The notes under the pieces: model-generated
The model's input: only the letters and a program-made list of their open reading frames with translations
Told to the model about the DNA's origin: nothing
The model's database searches: none
Shown: piece after piece, positions 54,089 to 64,000 of the stretch
Layout: each line of letters starts with the position of its first letter
Numbering within the stretch: the stretch's first letter is position 1
NCBI RefSeq assembly: GCF_031769215.1
Contig: NW_026782387.1
Location: 186,001 to 250,000, forward strand
Direction: 5' to 3'
Source: Ylistrum balloti
Lineage: Eukaryota
Length of the DNA stretch: 64,000 nt
Position numbers and translations under genes: made by a program

Positions 54089-55739
54089 GTTTGTATCTAA
54101 AAGAGGTCAGAATATTTTTATTGAGTTTTCAACACACCAGACAGCGTTTGAAGAAATAACGAGTATTAGAGGCCGATTTTTCCTTAACAAAACACAAATT
54201 AGACGAAAAACTCGAAGTGACATCTCACGGATCCTATTCTTTTTACTTCGTCTGTTTTGTGATCCAATTCAAAATGGAATGAAACTAAGTTTATATCTAC
54301 ATCACGCATTGTATTACAAGCTTATTAGTGACATCATTCTCGATTTACATGTAAAAACAACCAGCTATGTTTCGAACATGTGACTGACCTGATACCACGG
54401 GCGTTTGTAAGGTGTTCAAGCTTGTCAAAAGGCGCGAAACACAACGATGACATGAGACTTATGATTTTGCAAAAGACACACAAGTGAATAGCACATTTTG
54501 ATACAAAATAAAAGTTAGATACAGTAGAAAAAAATGGAAGTCAAGGAGGTGACTGTGGAAAAATAAAACTGATTTCTGAGATGGGGAGATGCACTAGCCC
54601 CCAAAATTAATTAATATTTAATTTTCATATATGTGATAATTTAAGAATAACGTCTAGGTACAAGTGTATATTCCGAACAGTGACACTATTCGAATGAATT
54701 GAAAAGTGGCACACAGGTTACGGCAAACGAAGTCTCTGAAAATCACGAAAACTAACTGTGTCTTCCAAAGAAAGATAACTCGGAATTTATAACAAGCCGC
54801 GCAATGATTTCATTCATCTTCAAGCTGTATAGCATCATAGGATAAAACCCGTTGTAAAAATTATGGAGTAGAAATTGGAGAAAACTACTCACGGCTTTTA
54901 ACTTTTATTTTAAAAAAGGAATAGAAAATGAGAACAGCTATGACCGAGAGATTAATTAAGTGTTTTTGAGTACCTTACCTCTATATGTATGCACACGATA
55001 CAATGGGAGACAAATATTATTTAATCCTGAAACAGCTGAAATGTGCGAACAGCGTGAAGTATTCACTCTTATACTGTTTGATATCGTAGGAGCCGACTAA
55101 TGCGAGTATCTCATGCAAAATCTTGTGTTTCCCGGCTGAGGTTACTAGTACGCAGGAATGTCACGAGGAACCTGAGTAATTTTTCCACCGAGTTTTGTTA
55201 CCGTGAGGAGACATTGAAGAAAGCAAAACAAAATGCTACTTTCCTTAAGGCTTAGCCATATTTCGACATTGTGAGGACGTAAATCATCGCCAAAATTATA
55301 TTTAAAAAAACCGGGAAAACGTTATTTTGATTGCAGTAGTTACATTATAGAGATACTCGTATTTGCATTTCCTTTCTACTTCAACCATGAACAGTAAGAC
55401 AATCCCACCCAACCTCTGAGGAATCACGCAACACTTTCAATGTCAAATGAATGTAAAGCGAGCGAGGACTTTGTTCGGGAACTCTTCAGAGTGATCGTCA
55501 AATTGCAGTGAAACCGGATGTGAGTACGTATATATTATAACAATAGTTCAAGTACCACTTATATAGACTAACCACAAACTTAAATAGCTATACAGATGTC
55601 GTGACTATCACGAGGCGTACTGCTTCAAGTGGTACAATGGCGAGGAAACGATCAAACCAACGAAACAAAACTTGAACAGACAAAGATGAGAAATGAAAAG
55701 AAGGCTGATGCAAAATATACAATTATGAAATATACTATC

Positions 55740-58700
55740 AACGGTGTAGATAACTGAGGGATATAATATCCACGGTGTAGATAGCTGAGGGATATATTAT
55801 CCACGGTGTAGATAGCTGAGGGATATAATATCCACGGTGTAGATAGCTGAGGGATATAATATCCACGGTGTAGATAGCTGAGGGATATAATATCCACGGT
55901 GAAGATAGCTGAGGGATATAATATCCACGGTGTAGATAGCTGAGAAATATAATATCCACGGTGTAGATAGCTGAGGGATATAATATCCACGGTGTAGATA
56001 GCTGAGGGATATAATATCCACGGTGTAGATATCTGAGGGATATAATATCCACAGTGTAGATAGCTGAGGGATATAATATCCACGATGTAGATAGCTGAGA
56101 GATATAATATCCACGGTGTAGATAGCTGAGGGATATAATATCCACGGTGTAGATAACTGAGGGATATAATATCCACGGTGTAGATAGCTGAGGGATATAA
56201 TATCCACGGTGTAGATAGCTGAGGGATATAATATCCACGGTGTAGATAACTGAGGGATATAATATCCACGGTGTAGATAGCTGAGGGATATAATATCCAC
56301 GGTGTAGATATCTGAGGGATATAATATCCACAGTGTAGATAGCTGAGGGATATAATATCCACGGTGTAGATAGCTGAGGGATATAATATCCACGGTGTAG
56401 ATAGCTGATTGATATAATATCCACGGTGTAGATAGCTGAGGGATATAATATCCACGGTGTAGATAGCTGATTGATATAATATCCACGGTGTAGATAGCTG
56501 AGGGATATAATATCCACGGTGTAGATAGCTGGGGGATATAATATCCACGGTGTAGATAGCTGAGGGATATAATATCCACGGTGTAGATAGCTGAGGGATA
56601 TAATATGCACGGTGTAGATAGCTAAGGCATATAATATCCACGGTGTAGATATCTGAGGGATATAATATCCACGGTGTAGATAGCTGAGGGATATAATATC
56701 CACGGTGTAGATAGCTGAGGGATATAATATCCACGGTGTAGATAGCTGAGGGATATAATATCCACGGTGTAGATAGCTGAGGGATATAATATCCACGGTG
56801 TAGATAGCTGAGGGATATAATATCCACGGTGTAGATAGTTGAGGGATATAATATCCACGGTGCAGATAACTGAGGGATATAATATCCACGGTGTAGATAG
56901 CTGAGGGATATAATATCCACGGTGTAGATAGCTGAGGGATATAATATCCACGGTGTAGATAGCTGAGGGATATAATATCCACGGTGTAGATAGCTGAGGG
57001 ATATAATATCCACGGTGTAGATAGCTGAGGGATATAATATCCACGGTGTAGATAGCTGAGGGATATAATATCCACGGTGTAGATAGCTCAGGGATATAAT
57101 ATCCAGATATCTGAGGGATATAATATCCACGGTGTAGATAGCTGAGGGATATAATATCCACGGTGTAGATAGCTGAGGGATATAATATCCACGGTGTAGA
57201 TAGCTGAGGGATATAATATCCACGTGTAGATGTAGATATAATATCCAGTAGATAGCTGAGGGATATAATATCCACGGTGTAGATAGCTGATTGATATAAT
57301 ATCCACGGTGTAGATAGCTGAGGGATATAATATCGCCGGTGTAGATAGCTGAGGGATATAATATCCACGGTGTAGATAGCTGAGGGATATAATATCCACG
57401 GTGTAGATAGCTGAGGGATATAATATCCACGGTGTAGATAGCTGAGGGATATAATATCCACGGTGTAGATAGCTGATTGATATAATATCCACGGTGTAGA
57501 TATCTGAGGGATATAATATCCACGGTGTAGATAGCTGAGGGATATAATATCCACGGTGTAGATAGCTGATTGATATAATATCCACGGTGTAGATAGCTGA
57601 GGGATATAATATCGCCGGTGTAGATAGCTGAGGGATATCTGAGGATATAATATCCACGGTGTAGATAGCTGAGGGATATAATATCCACGGTGTAGATATC
57701 TGAGGGATATAATATCCACGGTGTAGATTGCTGAGGGATATAATATCCACGGTGTAGATAGCTAAGGAATATAATATCCACGGTGTAGATAGCTGAGGGA
57801 TATAATATCCACGGTGTAGATAGCTGAGGGATATAATATCCACGGTGTAGATAGCTGAGGGATATAATATCCACGGTGTAGATAGCTAAGGGATATAATA
57901 TTCACGGTGTAGATAGCTAAGGCATATAATATTCACGGTGTAGATAGCTGAGGGATATAATATCCACGGTGTAGATAGCTGAGGGATATAATATCCACGG
58001 TGTAGATAGCTGAGGGATATAATATCCACGGTGTAGATAGTTGAGGGATATAATATCCACGGTGTAGATAGCTCAGGGATATAATATCCAGATAGCTGAG
58101 GGATATAATATCCACGGTGTAGATAACTGAGGGATATAATATCCACGGTGTAGATATCTGAGGGATATAATATCCACGGTGTTGATAGCTAAGGCATATA
58201 ATATTCACGGTGTAGATAGCTAAGGCATATAATATTCACGGTGTAGATAGCTGAGGGATATAATATCCACGGTGTAGATAGCTGAGGGATATAATATCCA
58301 CGGTGTAGATAGCTGAGGGATATAATATCCACGGTGTAGATAGCTGAGGGATATAATATCCACGGTGTAGATAGCTGAGGGATATAATATCCACGGTGTA
58401 GATAGCTAAGGCATATAATATTCACGGTGTAGATAGCTGAGGGATATAATATGCACGGTGTAGATATCTGAGGGATATAATATCCACGGTGTAGATAGCT
58501 GAGGGATATAATATGCACGGTGTAGATATCTAAGGCATATAATATTCACGGTGTAGATAGCTAAGGCATATAATATCCACGGTGTAGATAGCTGAGGGAT
58601 ATAATATTCACGGTGTAGATAGCTAAGGCATATAATATTCACGGTGTAGATAGCTGAGGGATATAATATCCACGGTGTAGATATCTAAGGGATATAATAT

Positions 58701-59418
58701 TCACGGTGTAGATAGCTAAGGCATATAATATTCACGGTGTAGATAGCTGAGGGATATAATATGCACGGTGTAGATATCTGAGGGATATAATATCCACGGT
58801 GTAGATATCTGAGGGATATAATATCCACGGTGTTGATAGCTAAGGCATATAATATTCACGGTGTAGATAGCTGAGGGATATAATATCCACGGTGTAGATA
58901 TCTAAGGGATATAATATTCACGGTGTAGATAGCTAAGGCATATAATATTCACGGTGTAGATAGCTGAGAGATATAATATCCACGGTGTAGATAGCTGAGG
59001 GATATAATATGCACGGTGTAGATATCTGAGGGATATAATATCCACGGTGAAGATAACTGAGGGATATAATATCCACGGTGTAGCTGTGTAGATATCTGAG
59101 GGATATGATATCCACGGTGTAGATAGCTGAGAGATTTGATATCCCTGGTGTAGATATCTGAGGGATATAATATCCACGGTGTAGATATCTGATTGATATA
59201 ATATCCACGGTGTAGATAGCTGAGGCATATAATATTCACGGTGAAGATAGCTGTGGGATATAATATCCACGGTGTAGCTGTGTAGATATCTGAGGGATAT
59301 GATATCCACGGTGTAGATAGTTGAGAGATTTGATATCCCTGGTGTAGATATCTGAGGGATATAATATCCACGGTGTAGATATCTGATTGATATAATATCC
59401 ACGGTGTAGATAGCTGAG
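55740..59418. repeat. 31-bp minisatellite, 3.7 kb, about 118 copies
   Basis: Unit acggtgtagatagctgagggatataatatcc; source of the 740-aa, 445-aa and similar artefactual ORFs. Confidence 0.98.
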
Positions 59419-60944
59419 GCATATAATATTCATGGTGAAAAATAAGAAGATAACAACAGCTCATTACAACAGGAGACGAGTTGGTAGAGCAACTGGACAC
59501 GGTTCAGTTACGAAAGGTAGGATGGTTGCATTACAATTAAATGCGCTATAAATGTAACATAAAGCGACGTGTTCTGAAAGGCATGCACATACAATGTTAT
59601 TTAATTTTTTTCTTTCGGCTTCATGTCATTTTTATTTGTTGAATCCATCGACATTTGTCACAATTTTACGATATGCCTTTTAGCTATGTATATACATTGA
59701 ACTAGTAAACATATAGCTTTTCTTATGTCGTCATGTTGCTCTGCTAACGATGGAGGGATTCCAACGGTCTGATAGTGCTTTAAAACAGGATAATTAATGA
59801 GAACAAATCAGGGACTTTCAAAAACGTACACCAAACACAGAAACTGACAATGTATTAACCAGAGTAATTATTTCTTACATCGGTTTATTTGCCTAGAATT
59901 ATATAAACGCGATGATGAGTATTTTGATGTATGTAAAACATTTTATGATGAAATAAATACCTGTTTTAGACAAACTGAATGACTATTTACACATTTTCTT
60001 TAGAAATGCATAATGAAGCATTACAGCAATAAACTTGATTTTGGACGTAGTGATTGTGATATTTGCCGCGATACAGAATTACCTTTGTGAGGCGACCAAT
60101 GTGGTGACAGGTGTGCGGGAACATTGAAGTCTGAGTAATCATTTTAAGGGAATGAAACATAGAGTCATCTGTGACATGTATATCCTTTTAAAATATCTCA
60201 CGCACGTGTCATTACGAAACTTTTCACGTGCGACAAGACGAAAAAAGGCAGCTACGGAAAATAAACACCCACGCACGTACGTTTGAAAAGCCGTACTTTG
60301 TGTGAACTAACAAGAATATCATCTTTCAGGATACAAATGAGGAAGTGTTATCGGAGACAATTTTACAACGTTTTTATTGTATAAATGCCAACAAGATTGC
60401 TGAAAGCACACACATAAAATATTGTGAGGGTCTTCGTTAATTTACACTGATAATAAAAATTACAAAACAGATTGGTAAAAGCTGATGTACTATCCCACTT
60501 CAATAAAAGGAAAAGTTGTTAATAAACCATCTTGAAGAATTTTTTAAAGCCAGAATTCCCTGCAAGGCCTCTGGAGATTAGTTTTTATGGAACAATAGCT
60601 ATCGATATTCATTGTGTTTATTCCATTTATATAATCTGTCCATTTGTTTGAGATGTGATGAGAATAAAATTGCAGATTAGATGTATATTGTCGAATGGTA
60701 CTGAATCTCGAGGATAGATTTTCCTTATTAATACAACATAATGTCTTTCTATTGTAATTCTGATTTTTAATGATAGTTAATATATGAAAATGTCAATTTT
60801 CAATGTACGGTGTATATGTATCAATATTTGTAATGTGAAATTGAGAATTTGTTTTACATGCTAAATAGATGGAAAAGCTAGGAAATAAATGATATTTGAA
60901 GTACACCATGTTATCTTGTAGTTTCTGTGACATAGAGCTTGGAA

Positions 60945-63860
60945 AGTAGTCAACTGGGCCAGTAACACTTCATAAGTAGTCACCTGTCCTAGTCACTCTT
61001 CATCAGTAGTCACCTGGCCTACTCACACTTCATAAATAGTCACCTTGCCGAGTCACACTTCATAAGTAGTCACCTGGCCTACTCACACTTCATAAGTAGT
61101 CACCTGGCCTAGTCACATTTCCGTAGTAGTCACCTTGTCTAGTCACTCTTCATCAGTAGTCAACTGGCATAGTCACATTTCATATGTAGTCACCTAGCCA
61201 ACTCACACTTCATAAGGAGTCACCAGGCCTACTCACACTTCATAAAGAGTCACCTGGCCTACTCACACTTCATAAGTAGTCACCTAGCCAACTCACACTT
61301 CATAAGGAGTCACCTAGCCAACTCACACTTCATAAAGAGTCACCTGGCCTAGTCACATTTCCGTAGTAGTCACCTTGTCTAGTCACTCTTCATCAGTAGT
61401 CAATTGGCCTAGGCACACTTCATAAATAGTCACCTGGCCTAGTCACACTTCATAAGGAGTCACCAGGCCTAGTCACACTTCATAAGTAATCAATTGGCCT
61501 GCTCACATTTCATACGTAGTCACCTGGCCTAGTCACACTTCATACGTAGTCAACTGGCATAGTCACACTTCATATGTAGTCACCTAGCCAACTCACACTT
61601 CATAAGGAGTCACCTGGCCTACTCACACTTCATAAGTAGTAAATTGGCCTACTCACATTTCATAAGTAGTCACCTGGCCTAGTCACACTTCATACGTAGT
61701 CCACTGGCATAGTCACACTTCATATGTAGTCACCTAGCCAACTCACACTTCATAAGGAGTCACCTGGCCTACTCACACTTCATAAGTAGTAAATTGGCCT
61801 ACTCACATTTCATAAGTAGTCACCTGGCCTAGGCACACTTCATACGTAGTCAACTGGCATAGTCACACTTCATATGTTGTCACCTAGCCAACTCACACTT
61901 CATAAGGAGTCACCTGGCCTACTCACACTTCATAAGTAGTCACCTGGCCTACTCACACTTCATAAGTAGTCACCTGGCCTAGTCACACTTCATATGTAGT
62001 CACCTGGCCTAGTCACACTTCATAAGTAGTCACCTGACCTAGTCACTCTTGATCCGTAGTCAATTGGCCTAGTCACACTTCATATGTAGTCACCTGGCCA
62101 ACTCACACTTCATAAAGAGTCACCTGTCCTACTCACACTTCATAAGTAGTCACATGGCCTAGTCACACTTCATAAGTATTCACCTGGCCTAGTCACATAA
62201 ATAGTCACCTGGCCTAGTCACAAAAGTAATCACCTAGCCAATTCACACTTCTTAAAGAGTCACCTGTCCTAGTCACTCTTCATCAGTAGTCAATTGGCCT
62301 AGTCACACTTCATAAATAGTCACCTTGCCGAGTCACACTTCATAAGGAGTCACCTGGCCTACTCACACTTCATAAGTAGTCACCTGGCCTAGTCACACTT
62401 CCGTAGTAGTCACCTGACCTCGTCACACTTCATCAGTAGCCACCTGGCCTACTCATATTTCATACGTAGTCACCTGGCATAGTCACACTTCATAAGTAGT
62501 CACCTGGCCTAGTCACATTTCCGTAGTAGTCACCTTGTCTAGTCACTCTTCATCAGTAGTCAACTGGCATAGTCACATTTCATATGTAGTCACCTAGCCA
62601 ACTCACACTTCATAAGGAGTCACCAGGCCTACTCACACTTCATAAAGAGTCACCTGGCCTACTCACACTTCATAAGTAGTCACCTAGCCAACTCACACTT
62701 CATAAGGAGTCACCTAGCCAACTCACACTTCATAAAGAGTCACCTGGCCTAGTCACATTTCCGTAGTAGTCACCTTGTCTAGTCACTCTTCATCAGTAGT
62801 CAATTGGCCTAGGCACACTTCATAAATAGTCACCTGGCCTAGTCACACTTCATAAGGAGTCACCAGGCCTAGTCACACTTCATAAGTAATCAATTGGCCT
62901 GCTCACATTTCATACGTAGTCACCTGGCCTAGTCACACTTCATACGTAGTCAACTGGCATAGTCACACTTCATATGTAGTCACCTAGCCAACTCACACTT
63001 CATAAGGAGTCACCTGGCCTACTCACACTTCATAAGTAGTAAATTGGCCTACTCACATTTCATAAGTAGTCACCTGGCCTAGGCACACTTCATACGTAGT
63101 CAACTGCATAGTCACACTTCATATGTTGTCACCTAGCCAACTCACACTTCATAAGGAGTCACCTGGCCTACTCACACTTCATAAGTAGTCACCTGGCCTA
63201 CTCACACTTCATAAGTAGTCACCTGGCCTAGTCACACTTCATATGTAGTCACCTGGCCTAGTCACACTTCATAAGTAGTCACCTGACCTAGTCACTCTTG
63301 ATCCGTAGTCAATTGGCCTAGTCACACTTCATATGTAGTCACCTGGCCAACTCACACTTCATAAAGAGTCACCTGTCCTACTCACACTTCATAAGTAGTC
63401 ACATGGCCTAGTCACACTTCATAAGTATTCACCTGGCCTAGTCACATAAATAGTCACCTGGCCTAGTCACAAAAGTAATCACCTGGCCTAGTCACACTTC
63501 ATACGTAGTCAACTGGCCTAGTCACACTTCATACGTAGTCACCTAGCCAATTCACACTTCTTAAAGAGTCACCTGTCCTAGTCACTCTTCATCAGTAGTC
63601 AATTGGCCTAGTCACACTTCATAAATAGTCACCTTGCCGAGTCACACTTCATAAGGAGTCACCTGGCCTACTCACACTTCATAAGTAGTCACCTGGCCTA
63701 GTCACACTTCCGTAGTAGTCACCTGACCTCGTCACACTTCATCAGTAGCCACCTGGCCTACTCATATTTCATACGTAGTCACCTGGCATAGTCACACTTC
63801 CTTAGTAGTCACCTGACCTAGTCACACTTCCTTAGTAGTCATCTGGCCCAATCACACCAC
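60945..63860. repeat. 30-bp minisatellite, 2.9 kb, with a higher-order duplication of about 1.3-1.4 kb
   Basis: Unit agtagtcacctggcctagtcacacttcata; the consensus unit has stops in all six frames; internal agtcac dimer structure. Confidence 0.97.
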
Positions 63861-64000
63861 ACCAGTGGTTTCCTAGCCAAGTTATAATATACCAATTGAT
63901 ACATTGCCAAGTCACATCACAACAGTAATCATCAGCCAAGTCACAATATACCAGTGATCATCCGGCTCTGCCACCAACGTATATTAGATCCACTTCAGGA

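Noticed and set aside
55652-59500. 740-aa, 445-aa and other long minus-strand ORFs
   Set aside because: They are translations of the 31-bp array with the same peptide in all three frames; no coding signature.
60190-60275. Cluster of CACGTG/CACGTA E-box-like sites
   Set aside because: No demonstrable nearby TSS; compatible with the CpG-retaining background.
60945-63860. CRISPR-like appearance of the regularly spaced repeats (here and in the other arrays)
   Set aside because: Units are contiguous with no unique spacers, there are no cas genes, and the context is eukaryotic.

Overview
AT-rich animal genomic DNA, probably invertebrate; the SINE types and minisatellite load suggest a bivalve mollusc, which is an inference. 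There are no prokaryotic features, CRISPR arrays or RNA genes. Most of the window (about 1-51.6 kb) is the 5' part of one large, intron-rich minus-strand gene. It has a signal-peptide exon at 51487-51555, one or two fairly well supported small internal exons, an acidic Ser-Gly (glycosaminoglycan-attachment-like) exon at 1909-2044, and a phase 1-1 thyroglobulin type-1 (TY) domain exon at 1253-1513; the gene probably continues beyond position 1. The product looks like a secreted or cell-surface proteoglycan. Its N-terminus resembles perlecan domain I, but identity is not established. A CpG-richer promoter region with ETS/CRE-like motifs lies at about 51.65-51.93 kb. About 16 kb (a quarter of the window) consists of at least 13 unrelated minisatellite arrays with units of 19-62 bp, several showing higher-order duplications. 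All the long ORFs in the supplied track are artefacts of these arrays. There are also a few tRNA-SINE and MITE remnants. I found no clearly novel biological system; the best leads are the TY-containing proteoglycan architecture and a possible chain of microexons.
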